A stretch of DNA of 64,000 bases, taken from assembly GCF_963921235.1 (NCBI RefSeq), contig NC_086097.1:64482001-64546000 (forward strand), read 5' to 3'. This DNA comes from Mobula hypostoma. Lineage: Eukaryota. A program made the position numbers and the translations under genes. Under the pieces are notes generated by a model. That model was given only the letters and a program-made list of their open reading frames with translations. It was not told where the DNA came from and did not search any database. Positions 39,480 through 53,745 of this stretch are shown here, piece after piece. Position 1 is the stretch's first letter, and each line of letters opens with the position of its first letter.

Positions 39480-42400
39480 ATTGCAATGAGGAAAGGTTAA
39501 TAAATTAATAATCTTGCTGAAAGGGGCCTCCTGGCAACGAGTAACCATGATACTTCTACTTCCGGGGTGTCTCGAGGCTACTCGTTTAGCAGCAGAACTC
39601 TCAATGGATACGATTGAATATTCTCGTTTCAGCCTATTACAGCGTAAAAGCACAACTGTTTCCAAGTTCAGTACAGTCAACCAAGCTGTCTTAATGCGTT
39701 TAAATGAACTATCGCCACTGAATACTGATGAAAACAATGCCGACTGGGGACAGATTCGTCCGTGTAGGATTCCACGCGGGAAGCATGGTTGCAGGTCAGG
39801 GATACAGGTGTACTTAAGGAAACAGGATTTTAAACTCCCAATACCGACTATTTTGTTGGCAAACGTGCAGTCTCTGGTGAATAAGATCGATGATCTCAGA
39901 GCTAGGTTGCTGAATCAGAGAGACATTAGGACTGCGTGTGTCCTTTGTTTCACAGGATCCTAGTCAAACACTTTCATACCGGATGCAGTGATTTAGATTG
40001 GTGGGTTTACTATACACCGTCAGGATAGATCTATTGTCTCTTAAAAGCAGAGGTGGAGGAGTAGGCCTCATGATCAACTTTTCTTGGTGTACAAATATAT
40101 CAGTGCTGTCCCAATTCTGCTCACCAGACCTGGAATATCTAGCAGTTAAGTGCTGTCCTTCTTACCTACCACAGGAGATTTCCGGGATCATTTTGGTAGT
40201 GGTATACATTCCACTTCAGACCAATGTCAATCAGGTTTGAGATGATCTGAGCAATGGGATCTATATGCATGAAACATTTCACCCTAATGCCTTCACCATC
40301 GTATTGGGGGATTTTAACCAGGCCAGTTTGAAAAAATCACTATAAGCAATTACCATCGCTTGCAATACCAGCGGAATCAACACTATTACTCCACCATCAA
40401 TAATGCCTTTCATGCTATTCCACACCCTCACTTCAGCAAGACTGATCACCCGGCTGTACTTCTACTCTCTGAGTACTTGCAGAGACTGAAGACTGCAGCA
40501 CTAGTAGTGAGGACCAAGAAGGTTTGGACAAGGGAAGCACAGGAGTACTTTGAATCGGTGGACTGGACTGTATTCAATCTGGATGACTATGCTGCAGTTG
40601 TTAGTGACTTCATTAAAGCTTGTGGACGAGCGTGTGCCTACAAAGACCTAGAGTACATTCCCAAACCAAAAGCCATGGATGAACCAGGAGGTACGTTGTC
40701 TGCTGAAGGCTGGATCTGTGGCATTCAAGTCTAGAGACCCAGGCCTGTACCAGAAAATCAGGTGTGACTTGTGGAGGGCTATTTCAAGGACAAAGAAACA
40801 ATTCCGAATGAGTTTGGAGACGACATTGGATGCATGGCAACTCTGGCAGGGTTTGCAAGGCATTACTTCCTACAAAGCAAAACCTAATAGCATGAATGGC
40901 AGCGATGCTTCACTACCAGATGAACTCAATGCCTTCTTGCTTTGAATGTGAGAATATAACTACAGCTGTGAAGATCCCTGCTGCACCTGATGACCCTGTG
41001 ATCTCTGTCTCAGAGGCCGATGTTAGGCTGTCTTTAAAGACAGTGAACCCTCGCAAGGCAGAAGGTCCTGATGGAGTACCTGGTAAAGCTCTGAAAACCT
41101 GTGCCAACCAACTGGTGGGAGTATTCAAGGACATTTTCAACCTCTCACTACTAGGGGCGGAAGTTCCCACTTGCTTCAAAAAGGCAACAATTATGCCAGT
41201 GCCTAAGAAGAATAATGGGAGCTGCCTTAATGACTTATCGCCCAGTAGCGCTCATATCTACAGTGATGAAATGCTTTGAGAGGCTGGTTATGACTAGACT
41301 GAACTTCTGCCTCAGCAAGGACCTGGATCCATTGCAAATTGTCTTTCCCCACAATAGGTCAATGACAGACGTAATCTCAATGGCTCTCCACACGGCTTTA
41401 GACCACCTGGACAACACAAACACCTATATCAGGATGCTGTTCATTCACTATAGCTCAGCTTTTAATACCATCATTCCCACAGTCCTGATTGAGAAGTTGC
41501 AGAACCTAGGCCTCTGTACCTCCCTCTGCAATTGGATCCTCGACTTCCTAACTAAAGACCACAATCAGTGTGGATGGGTGATAACATCCCCTCCTCGCTG
41601 ACGATCAACACTGGCACACCTCAGGGGTGTGTGCTTAGCCCAGTGCTCTATTCTCTCTATACCCATGACTGTGCGACTAGGCATAGCTCATATACTATCT
41701 ATAAATTTACTGATGATACAGCCATTGTTGGTAGAATCTCAGGTGGTGACGAAAGGGCGTACAGGAGTGAGATATGCCAACTAGTGGAGTGGTGCTGCAG
41801 CAACAACCTGGCACTCAACATCAGTAAGATGAAAGAGCTGATTGTGGACTTCAGGAAGGATAAAACGAAGGAACACATACCAATCCTCATAGAGGGAACA
41901 GAAGTGAAGGGAGTGAGCAGTTTCAAGTTCCTGGGTGCCAAGATCTCTGAGAACCTAACCTGGTTCCAACATATTGATGCAGTTTTAAGGAAACCAAGAT
42001 AGTGACTATACTTCATTAGGAGTTTGAAGAGATTTGGTATGTCAACAAATACACTCAAATACACTCTATAGATGTACCGTAGAGAGCATTCTGACAGACT
42101 GCATCACTGTCTGGTATGGGGGAACTACTGCACAGTACCGAAAGAAGGTTGTAAATTTAGTCGACTCTGTCTTGGGTACTAGCCTACAAAGTACCCAGGA
42201 CATCTTCAGGGAGCGGTGTCTCAGAAAGGCAGCGTCCATTAGTAAGGACTTACAGCACCCAGGGCATGCCCTTTTCTCACTGTTACCATCAAGTAGGAGG
42301 TACAGAAGCCTGAAGGCGCACACTCAGTGATTTCGGAACAGCTTCTTCCCCTCTGCCATCCAATTCCATAATGGACACTGAACCCGTGAATACTACTTCA

Positions 42401-42600
42401 CTTTTTCAAAAATATAGTATTTCTGTTTTGTTGCACATTTTAAAATCTATTCAATATACATATACTGTAATTGATTTACTTATTTACATATTATGATTTT
42501 TGTTTTCTTCTCTTCTATATTATGTATTGCATTGAACTGCTGCTGCTAAGCTAACAGATTTCACAACACATGCTAGTGATAGTAAACCTGATTCTGATTA
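39480..42600 (+). mobile_element. Near full-length Rex1/Babar LINE, frameshifted
   Basis: [76 protein letters not shown]; tail aaacctgattctgatt. Confidence 0.92.
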
Positions 42601-42699
42601 TAGATTAAATTTTGATGTTAAGTTTGCAAATGATATAGAGTAATCTAAGATACCTGCAACTAAGGTGGTGATGTGCAGGCAGATTTTATGGATTATTGG

Positions 42700-43031
42700 A
42701 CCTTACTCCCTTTACTACTCTTGAACTAGAAGGGTTAGCTTCACTCACTTCTCTTGACCCATCACTGAAATGTTCTCAGAACCTATGGACTCACTTTCAA
42801 GGACTTTTCATCTCATGTTACCAATATTTATTGTTTACTTATTGATTATTATTATTTATTTCTTTTTGTATTTGCACAGCTTGTTGTCTTTTGCAACTGG
42901 TTAAACCCCCAGTTGGTTCGGTCTTTCATTGACTCTAATATGTGTGTATTGAGTATGCCCACAAGAAAATTAATCTCAGGTGGCATACGGTGACATATAT
43001 GTACTTTGATAATAAATTTACTTTGAACTTT
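42700..43031 (+). mobile_element. Rex1-related 3' UTR fragment
   Basis: Homologous to 8340-8862 and 9520-9640; ends aataaatttactttgaacttt. Confidence 0.55.
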
Positions 43032-44596
43032 ATTAATGCTTCAACACAATTTCACACAGTAGTTTGATAAATTTTCCAGTTAATGTACTAAATTGAAAAA
43101 GATTGTGCAACATGGCTTCCTAACGAGTTTAAAGAAATTGAAAATAAGAATCATGTGGTGTTTCAGAGAGTGGGATAAAGGGTCCAGTTAATTTTCAAGG
43201 GATTACAGGAACTGGACCCCTCTTGTGCCAAGGGGAACATGGAAACTGACGTCATGACTGATTTCACAGAGAACATAGGAATGAGCACCAGGTCAGCTGG
43301 ATGCTCACCCATTAGAATTTCTGAACAATGGAGGTGTACAGTGGTATACAGAAGTACCCTGGAGAGTCATTATTATTGAATTCAGACTTGATGTAGTCTC
43401 GTGGTATCAGGTCAAACATTAAAAAATGTAACTCCTCCTAAGGGGTACCACCTTCCACCCTCACTCATTTAATGAATTGGTGCTCCTCCATGCTGCATAA
43501 TACTTGCCAGAGGAACTGAGGTACAAGGGTACATGCCAATGTCATCTCTGAGAGTGGTTTAGACCAAAATGGCCAAGACCTGAGGGGCACAGATACCAAT
43601 CTGAACCTGCAGCAGAAGGGAGAATTATACTTGCCTTTATCCTCAGCACTTCACCTGTTGCAGATAGACATGTATCTAACAACACTGTAAAATGTATCTG
43701 ACCTTGAGGAAACAAACTCAATCTCCAACATCCCTTGATCTTTGCAGTTCTCTTTTATCCACCCAATGCTGCCATTCTCTGTGGATTGTACACGGCTGTT
43801 TGAAGAGCTGATAACAACTTAGTAACAGTACTTAGAATCATTCTCAGGATACTTTACAGTTAAGCAGACAAGCTGAATTAATGACAGTTGGCAGGCAATT
43901 AGTGTGATTCATATGCTACATCTAAAGCAAACCCTTTTCAGATATGATCACTATACCCAAACTCTATTGCTAATCAAAATAAATGCCATGATGTAGACAT
44001 AGAGTGTTGCTATTTCACAAAGAAGACTTTGATTATCATATACTATGATAAGGTTCTACTATAATAGACAATGAACTAAGACTATTACACAGCCTCTGGG
44101 ATGTTATTAACAACGAGGAGTTGAAAAGATTTGTGATAACTATATTACTTTCATTGGATCAGAGAAGTAACCCAGGATCTTTGAACTTGGGAAAAGCCTT
44201 GATTATCAATGATAGAACATTTCTGCTAACTGTGGAGATAATACCAAAATGGCACAAATTAGAAATTCTCTTTTAATCTCATTAAGAAAGAAAATTAAAA
44301 CAAAACCTAGTGAAGCAAAGGTGAGCCATTAAATTGGTTCATTTGAATGACATATTTTATTAAGCTGCAAAGTCACTGACAAGAAAGAAAAACAATGGAA
44401 TTAAATTAGATATAATAAATAACAACGAGCACAGGCACAGTCAAAGGGCGATTGGTATTTTACAATTCCGAAATTCCAGGAATTCTTTTGAAGGGGCAGT
44501 TAAAGGAATACAGGAGCCTTAGATTCATAAAAAATTTAATTGTGGCCTGCAGGATATACTTTACCCATGACCGTTTAGAAACAGGTAATTTCTGAC

Positions 44597-45742
44597 ATAG
44601 TAGTAGTGGTGCGATCAAACGAGTCGAGTATGATGCTCTAAGGGATTGTCTGTTGGTGGGTCCTCAGTAAAAGTTGATATGAGATCCATACACTCTGGTG
44701 CAGTGTGAGCAAGAGAAAGTGGTGGTTGTGTTACTTGTTGGGTGTTTTGGTTATTCAGTCTGTCTTTTCACAGCAGCCCTTTGTTCGATGTGGCACAGTG
44801 GAGGTTGTTCTCATAACTCGCAGATCCCTCTTGAACAGATGTACCTATTGAATGCAATGTCTTCCCAGATTCTACATATAATGTTGAGTTTCTTCAAGCT
44901 GATTTTCATGTTATCTTGAAGCATTCCCTTTACTTACCAAGGGGTTGCTGAGCTCTCTTCAACTGGGAGTAAAGGGTCTATTCAGAGCGAGACATGAATT
45001 AGGCATCCAGGTGATGTGACCTATCCATCAGGGTTGGTATCACTTCATTGCAGTGGAGGTGCTAGTCATGTTAGCATCCTCCAAACTGCAGGTGCAGTGC
45101 ATCTGTCTTTCCAGCTGATACTTAAAATCTTTGGGATGGATCTTTGGTGGTATTTTTCCAGGGCTTTCAGGTGCCTACTGTAGGTGGTCCATGATTCAGC
45201 TCCAAACAGTAATGCAGGACGGACGACCACTCTATGGACCGAAAGGTTTTTTGCTTTCAAGGCGGTTTTCAAAGACCCATTTCCTTAATCTTGTCGAGGC
45301 TCCACTAACACTACTCAGGTGGTGGTTGATTTCTGCATCAATGTCTGCATTTGGAGAGAGAATGCTGCCAAGGTAGGGAAAGTGGTCTACATTTTTAAGA
45401 ATGATATAGTGAACTTTTATGGAGGGCTAGATAAATAGCTGGTTTGGCAGTGGCTGAGATAGAACCTGATATAGACAAGACAAGAACCAGGGTCCTATAT
45501 ACCTTGGCCAAAACATTCAGGATACATTGGAGGTGTTCTTCAGAGCATGGTCCAATGGCGTTGTCATCCACATACAGAAGCTTCATGATTGTGCTGGTGC
45601 TAACTTTGTTCTTGGCCTCGAACTGGTTGAGGTTGAAAAGCCTGCTGTCCATTCTCTACGTGATTGGGATTCCCTGTGGCCAGTCTTGGCCAATGAGGTG
45701 CAGTATAGCAGCAATAAAGATGGCAAGTACAATGGGCACAAA
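44597..45742 (-). mobile_element. RTE-clade LINE 3' portion, decayed
   Basis: DSRLFNLNQFEAKNKV..LLYVDD; VVRPALLFGAESWTTYSRHLKALEKYHQR; short (CTA)n tail. Confidence 0.85.
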
Positions 45743-45744
45743 CA

Positions 45745-46710
45745 TGAGAAAATCTGCAGATGCCAGAAATTCAAGCAACACACACAAAATGCTGGAGGAA
45801 CTCAGTAGACCAGGCAGTATCTACAGTTGATGTTTCAGGTCAAAACCCTTCAGTAGGACACAGGAATGGGGAATGGTGAATGGGGGGTGGGGTGGGTGGG
45901 GGTAATTAGCAGAAGTTCAAGAACTCAGTGTTAATAACATCAGGCTGGAGGCTACCCGGACGAAATATAAGGTGTTACTTCTCCAACCTGAGTGTGAGTG
46001 TGGCCTCTTTGTTCCATCCGCCACAAAAAGCAGGATCTCCTGGTAAACCACCCATTCCAATATGTCCGCCCTCCTGGTACTTATTCTTTCAAGTGGGACT
46101 AGTGCCACACCTATCCTTACAGGGCCCCAGGCAGTCCTTCCAGGTGACACAACACTTCACCTGCAAATCCTTTGAGGTCATCTACTGTTTCTGGAGCTCC
46201 CGGTGTGGCCTCCTGTATAATGGTGAGACCAGACATAGGTAGGGAGCCTGCTTCAATGAGCACCTTTGCTCCGTCTGCCACAAAAAGTGGATTTCTCTGT
46301 GGCCACCCACTTCAATTCTATTTCCCATTCTCATTCCAACATGCTAGTCCATGGCCTCCTCATCTGCTGCAATGAGGCCCTGAGGCCACACTCAGGTTGG
46401 AGCAGCAACACGCTATATTCCACCTGGGTAGCCTGAGGGTATGAACATTGATTTCTTGAACTTCTGGTAATTGCCTCCCCCCCCCACCGCTTCACCATTC
46501 CTGTTTCCCTCTTTACCTGCCCATCTCCTCCCCCTTCCCTTTCTCCCAGTGGTCTTCTGTCCTCTCCTATCAGATTCCCCCAAATCCAGCCCTTTAGCTC
46601 TTTCACCAAACAACTCTCCAGCTCCTTACTTCACACTCTCCCGGTTTCACCTATCACCTACAATCTTGTCCTTCTTCCTCCCCTCCCCCCAGCTTCTTAC
46701 TCCGACTTCT
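45745..46710 (+). mobile_element. Penelope-like composite with inverted segments and GIY-YIG endonuclease remnant
   Basis: QHFTCKSFEVIYCFWSSRCGLLYNGET (GIY-YIG motif) on plus; minus-oriented terminal repeat and GIY-YIG tail at 45745-46005. Confidence 0.8.
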
Positions 46711-46994
46711 CTTGACCAGTTACCTTCCTCTAGTTGCTTGCTGTAATTTGTTGTACTTTGTTCAACTCTACTGTATATTCAACCTTATTTCAAACATCCC
46801 TATGAATGGCCTCACTTTGAATCCCACACTCTCACTTCAAGAGTTCATCCCTGCCCGTTCCATAGTATCAGACAAATTAGAGGCCCCACTCCGAATGTAT
46901 AAGCTTTACCTCTCCACCAAAATACTTGACTTTTCTCCTTCACTTTGCTTATACATTGTTGAATTGTGAACGAGTGTTAATATCTTCTAACTAG

Positions 46995-47149
46995 TGACCA
47001 TAGGACCATAAGACATATGAGCAGAATGAGTCCATTCAGCCCATCAAGTTTGCTCTGCCATTCCATCATGGCTAATTTATTATCCTTCTCAACCCCATAC
47101 AGGCCTTCTCCCTATAACCTTTGACACCCTGATTAATCAAGAAACTATC
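46995..47149 (-). mobile_element. CR1 3' end fragment
   Basis: gaccataggaccataagacatatgagcagaa tail and 3' UTR similar to 51777-51935. Confidence 0.7.
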
Positions 47150-49437
47150 TGTTATGCTTTGTAACTCCAAAATATAAAATTGATTGAACGAAAAACACAG
47201 GAGACTGGTAGAATGTGCATATTTTATTTTTACTTTAGTGATACGACATGGTGGCATAATGCCGTCTGCCATTTACATACTTCGTACATCTAACCCGTAA
47301 CGGATTATGTGAACAACAAAGAACACCTAATCAAACTATATATTTACAATATTACTAAAATATTGTGTTGGCTGTCTGTCATTTCTGACGATGATATTAA
47401 TCTCATTATTGGGTAAAGAGCTGGAGAGAGTAAAACCTGTGCTGGAGGAGTTTTACAGCGAAAAAGCCATTGCACTGGGGCAGTTCCACACTCTCAGCCT
47501 CAAAAATCTTGGTCCAATGGTTCAAAAATTCGTCACGACTGGAGACTTCCTTGGCAGCAGTGGATAGCCAAGATGCCTTTTGTGCCTTGTCATGCCCTTC
47601 ACTCTCCACGCAGAGTTGCAGCACCACCTTCTTGGCCATTGGATCTTGTAGTTGATCTTGTCTGCCCATTCCGCCAGAACTGGCTTTGTTTGCTGGGGTA
47701 GGCCTATCCCTATCTCACCAGGGCTGGAGGGTTCCCGGCTACTGTCACCTGGTTTAGTCCGTCTGTTGAAGTGGTGTACTGGGGTGTGGCCAGTGCTACA
47801 GTCAAACAGTTGAGACTGGGTGAAAACTGGGGAAGCTCATCCACATTTGGTCCCAGGGTGGAGCACAATGAGCCTGCCATCAGAGGTGCTACTCCTCCCT
47901 GGACACCCCATACACCTATACTGAAATATTACATACACAACACTCCTCCCTGCTTAGCTATAAACTCCAACTCAATATAGAATGCATCACAACTTCTGTA
48001 CACATATATATATACAGTATACTATATATAACAACTATTAAAGAGACTTTCACGGCATAGCAAATTTTAAATTGCCCCATTCAGGCCTAACAATTTAATC
48101 GCTGTGGAGAATTTCTTACTTTTGTGGGATAATGTCTTTCCTGACAAGGGGGCACTCTACTTGACAGGAGAGACTTGTGGCTGTGAAACAATCTTAGGTT
48201 CAGGGTTCTCCTCCGTAGTGGTTGTAGGAGTTGACTCTGGGACTGCTGGAACTGGTTCTCACAGCTCTGGCCATCTTTCGTCTGGGTGTTTTGGCATCCT
48301 GAACAGTGCACAGCAACCTTCACTGGACAACATGGATCATGATGTGTGACATCACCAAATCCTTTACCTTCTAAAAGTAATTTTGTCCATTGCCATTTCT
48401 TCCTGGTCTGTAGTAATGAGTTCAAGGTGTGGAGCACAGTAGCCAGGTTTGGCAAGAACCTGTTATAACAAATATTATGACAAATCCTAAAACAGACTGC
48501 AACTGTGACACATTGTTTGGTCTTGGGGCATCCACCACAGCTTAAATTTTCTCAGCACACTTGTGTAATCTTTGTATGATCACTGTAAATGATATATGAA
48601 TTAAACAATTCACACTTGTTGCATTGTGCTCAGAGCCCCTAATCTTCCAATCTTTTTAACACTGTCTTGTAGTTGTAAGTCTCAAAGCTAATGAGTCCTG
48701 TGTCACTCTTATAATTGTTCAATTTTTTCATCAACAGCATGCAGATTAGTGTTCTTTTTCAAATTGCAACTTGACTTTTTAATCTTTTCCTCTTCCCTAT
48801 GCTGTCCATTTATTTTTGGCTTCCCTATATACTCTTTGCATGTGTTTAACTTTGTTACACTTTCTGCAAGTTTCACATTTTTACTTGCATTGGTCTGGTG
48901 TATGTGAGCCTTTGCCACAACAGTAACACACTTTGTTCGTCAAGGCAAGTTTCTGTTGAGAGATTGCAATTTTGTTCACAATCAGTTTCATTCTTGACTG
49001 CAATTTCATCTGTCTGTGGTTTCCATTGAAACAGTGATTTCAACTGCTCTTTTAAATGTGAGTTGTGCTGCAGTTGGGAGCCATTTTTGAATGCTTTCTT
49101 TTAAGATTCCACAGATTAAATAGTCTCTCAGTGCATCATTAAACCCATCACTGAACCAATAAATGCTCAAACAATTTCTTCAATTCAGCTAAGTAAGCTG
49201 AAATGGATTCCCCTTCTTTGGATTCCACTTATGAAACCTAAAATGTTCTTCAATCAACAATGGTTTTGGTTCTAAACGTTCCTGCATTGCTTTCATAATA
49301 GCACTAAACCCCATCTTGGCTGATTTGTTTAAAGCATTTAAACTTACAGGAAAACTGTGTTCTCTTCCACCTATTGCAGTCAGTAACATTGGCACTTGCT
49401 TTTCATTTGCTTCAAAAGACTGCTCAATTTGTTCACC
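47150..49437 (-). mobile_element. Internally deleted Gypsy element related to 32116-39320; 3' LTR 47150-47942, PPT 47943-47952
   Basis: FEANEKQVPMLL..LEPKPLLIEEHFRFHKWN; MPNLATVLHTLNSLLQ..WQWT; PPCQERHYP..SPQRLN; minus-strand cagggaggag-TGTTG...CATAACA. Confidence 0.82.
47365..47918 (-). mobile_element. 554-bp non-coding RTE-related non-autonomous element with 12-bp TSD
   Basis: TSD tactaaaatatt (47353-47364) / tactgaaatatt (47919-47930); RTE-like 5' UTR joined to an RTE-like 3' end (tcgtcagaaatgacagacagccaac). Confidence 0.65.
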
Positions 49438-51250
49438 TAGATAACATAGAGAGTACAGGCCATTCCGTCCACAATGTTGTGCTGAACCAGCTAAAAAACA
49501 AATCAAAAACATCCAAACACTAATCCCTCCTACCTACACCATTTCCATATCCCTCCATCCTCCTTATATCCATGTGCCTATCCAAACACCTCTTTAAAAT
49601 CCTCCAATGTATTTGCCTCTCCCACCATACCAGGCAGCATATTCCAGGCATCCACAACTCTGAGTGAAAAACTTACATCTCACATTTCCCTTGAACCTAC
49701 CTCCTCTCACCTTCAATGCAAGCCCCCTGTTCTTAGGCATTTCAACCCTCGGAAACAGATACTCTCTATCCACTCTATCTATGCCTCTCCTAATCTTGTA
49801 AACCTCTATCAGATCTCCCCTCAGCCTCTGATGCTCCAGAGAAAACAGCCTAAGTTTATCCAGCCTCTTGAAATAACACATGCCCTCTAAACCAGGAAGC
49901 ATCCTTGTGAACCATTTCTGCACCCTCTCCAAAGCCTCAACATCCTTCCTATAGGGGCGACTAGAACTGTACACAGTTCTCCAGACGTGGCCTGAACAGA
50001 GTTTCAAAAAATTACAACATTACCTCCTGACTTTTGAACTCAATGCCTCAACTAATAAAAGCAATCATTCTATAAGCCTTCTTAACCACCTTATTGACCT
50101 GTGTAGGCACTTTCATGGAGCTATAAATCTGGATCCTGAAATCTCTCTGCTCAGCAACACTGTTAAGGACCTTGCCCTTAACAGTATACTTTCTCCTTGT
50201 ATTTGCCACATCGAGGGGCAACACCTCCTGTTTATCTGGGCTAAACGCCATCTGGCATCTCTCAGCCCATATCTGCAACTGGTCTATTATTAAGCCGTAT
50301 CCTAGGCCAGTCTTCTACACTATCCACAACTCCACCAATCTTGGTATCATCCACAAGCTTATGAACCCTCCCATCTACATTTCCATCCAAGTTATTTATA
50401 TACATTACAAACAACAGGGGTCCCAGCACAGATCCCCGCGGAACTCCACTAATTACAGACCTGCAGCTCAAATAAATCCCTTCAACCACTACCCTCTGTC
50501 TTTTATGTGCAAGCTAGTTCTGAATCCAAAGAGCCAATTCACTCGTCACAGATCCCATACATCTTAATCTTCTTACTTAGCCTCCCATGAGGATCTTGTC
50601 AAACGCCTTACTAAAATCCATGTAGACAACATCCACTGCCTAACTCTCATCAATCTCTCATCACCTTATCAAAAAACTCAATCAGGTTGGTAAATCACAA
50701 CCTGCCACGCATGAATTCATGCTGGCTCTCCCTTATTAGGCCATGGGATTCCAAATGCTCATACATCCAGTCCCCAAGAATTTTCTCCAGCAATTTCCCT
50801 ATAACTGACATGAGACTCATCAGTCTATTGTTTCCAGGATTTTCCTTTGTTTCTTTTTTAAAATAGAGGTGCAACATTAGCCACTTGCCAATCCTCCAGC
50901 ACCTCGCTTGTGGTTAGAGATGACACTAAGATACTGGCCAAGGTCCAGTAATCTTGGCTCTTGCCTCCTTCAATAACCTGGGCTAAATCCCATCAGGTCC
51001 TGGAGACTTATCCACCTTAATACTCATTAGGAGGCTCACCAATTGCTCCTCCTTGATCTATAAATGGCCTAACGTATTGATACACTCAGCACTGATCTCC
51101 TGCACCTCCATATCTTTTTCCTTGGTAAATACTGAAGCAAAGCACTCATCAACTACCTCACTCACACTCTCCACATCCAGGCAAATGTTCCCCCCTTTAT
51201 CCTTGAGTGGTCCCACCTTCTCCTTAGTTATCCTCTTACTCCTGATGTAC
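49438..51250 (-). mobile_element. CR1 LINE 3' portion, decayed
   Basis: FASVFTKE, GVPRGSVLGPLLF..LVDDTK, LERVQKWFTRMLPG. Confidence 0.9.
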
Positions 51251-51776
51251 AGTTTCATGTTTTATCATTTTACAACATTGAATCACAGTGGATTTAATTT
51301 GGCTTGTTTGACACTGATCAACAGAAAAAGACTCTTTTGGCAGGTTTACAGTTATGCCATATTCTTTCATTTGATGATTAACTTATCTGTACTCCAAGGG
51401 ATATTCAGTGACTTGGAAATTTTCTTGCATCCATCTCCTGATTTTTGCTTTTCAGTAACCTTTTTGTGGAGTTGCTTTGTCTTCATGGTGTAGTTTTTGT
51501 CGGGATACTGACTCACCAGCAGTTGGACCTTCTTCTCCTTCTTCTATTTCCGGCAGTTTAGACGCTCTAGGTGTATTACTGCCCTCCGCAGGATGTATAA
51601 TTAATTAGAATTCTGCTTGGAAATGCTGTACGTGCTCAATAAATAGCAATGTCACAGATTGTTTTCCTTCTCAAATTTTCTCACCTGGTTTCCGAATAAT
51701 TGCTTTGCTTCAAATTACATTAATTTCATTTGAATCATTTGTAAAACTAAAAGCTTCTTTCTTGAGAATATTCATT

Positions 51777-53745
51777 AGACCATAAGACCATAAGACAAAG
51801 GAGCAGAAGTTGGCCATTCGACCCATCGAGTCTGCTCCACCATTTTATCATGAGCTGATCCATTCTCCCATTTAGTCCCACTCCCCCGCCTTCTCGCCAT
51901 AACCTTTGATGCCCTGGCTACTCAGATACCTATCAATCTCTGCCTTAAATACACCCAATGACTTGGCCTCCACTGCTGCCCGTGGCAACAAATTCCATAG
52001 ATTCACCACCCTCTGACTAAAAAAATTTCTTCGCATTTCTGTTCTGAATGGGCGCCCTTCAATCCTTAAGTCATGCCCTCTCATACTAGACTTCCCCATC
52101 ATGGGAAACAACTTTGCCACATCCACTCTGTCCATGCCTTTCAACATTCGAAATGTTTCTATGAGGTCTCCCCTCATTCTTCTAAACTCCAAGGAATACA
52201 GTCCAAGAGCGGACAAACGTTCCTCATATGTTAACCCTCTCATTCCCGGAATCATTCTAGTGAATCTTCTCTGTACCTTCTCCAACGTCAGCACAGCCTT
52301 TCTTAAATAAGGAGACCAAAACAGCCCACAGTACTCCAAGTGAGGTCTCACCAGCGCCTTATAGAGCCTCAACATCACATCCCTGCTCCTATACTCTATT
52401 CCTCTAGAAATGAATGCCAACATTGCATTCGCCTTCTTCACTACCGACTCAACCTAGAGGTTAACTTTAAGGGTATCCTGTACGAGGACTCCCAAGTCCC
52501 GTTGCATTTCCGAACTTTGAATTCTTTCCCCATTTAAATAATAGTCTGTCCGTTTATTTTTTCTGCCAAAGTGCATAACCATACACTTTCCAACATTGTA
52601 CTTCATTTGTCACTTCTCTGCCCATTTTTCCAATCTATCCAAGTCTCTCTGCAGACTCTCCGTTTCCTCAGCACTATTGGCCCCTCCACCTATCTTCATA
52701 TCGTCAGCAAACTTAGCCACAAAGCCATCTATTCCATAATCCAAATGGTTGATGTACAATGTAAAAAGAAGCGGCCCCAACACGGACCCCTGTGGAACAC
52801 CACTGGTAACCAGCAGCCAACCAGAATAGGATCCCTTTATTCCCACTCTCTGTTTCCTGCCAATCGCCAACGCTCTATCCACATATGTAACTTTCCCGTA
52901 ATTCCATGGGCTCTTATCTTGTGAAGTAGCCTCATGTGTGGCACCTTGTCAAAGGCCTTCTGAAAATCCAAATATACAACATCCACAGCATCTCCCTTGT
53001 CTAGCCTACTTGCAATTTCCTCAAAAAATTGTAATAGGTTTGTCAGGCAGGATTCTCCTTTAAGGAATCCATGCTGAGTTCTGCCTATCTTGTCATATGC
53101 CTCCAGGTACTCTGTAACCTCATCCTTGACAATCGACTCCAACAACTTCCCAACCACTGATGTCAAGCTAACAGGTCTATAATTTCCGTTTTGTTTCCTT
53201 GCCCCCTCCTTAAATAGTGGAGTGACATTTGCAATCTTCCAGTCCTCCGGAACCATGCCAGAATCTATCGACTTTTGAAAGATCGTCGCTAATGCCTCCG
53301 CAATCTCCACAGCTACTTCCTTCAGAACACGAGGGTGCATTCCATCTGGTCCGGGAGATTTATCTACCTTTAGACTATTCAGCTTCCTGAGTATTTCTCT
53401 GTCGTAATTGTGACTGCGCACACTTCTCTTCCCTGCCACCCTTGAGTGTCCGGTATACTGCTGATGTCTTCCTCAGTGAAGACTGATGCAAAATACTTGT
53501 TCAGTTCCTCTGCCATCTCCTTATCTCCCATTACAATTTCTCCAGCATCATTTTCTATCAGTCCTATATCTACTCTCACCTGTCTTTTACTCTTTATATG
53601 CTTGAAAAAGCTTATAGTATCCTCTTTGTTACTATTTGCTAGCTTCCTTTCATAGTTAATCTTTTCCCTCTTAATGACCTTCTTGGTTTCCTTTTGTAAG
53701 GTTTTAAGAACGTCCCAATCCTCTGTCTTCCCTCTAATTTTTGCT
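51777..53745 (-). mobile_element. 5'-truncated CR1, same subfamily as 33829-38103
   Basis: Near-identical peptides (MRVDIGLIENDAGEIV..., ...YGEKAGEWD) and (CCATAAGA)n tail. Confidence 0.95.

Noticed and set aside
43030..44590. Host gene or RNA gene
   Set aside because: No long ORF or recognisable motif; probably old decayed repeats and neutral sequence.
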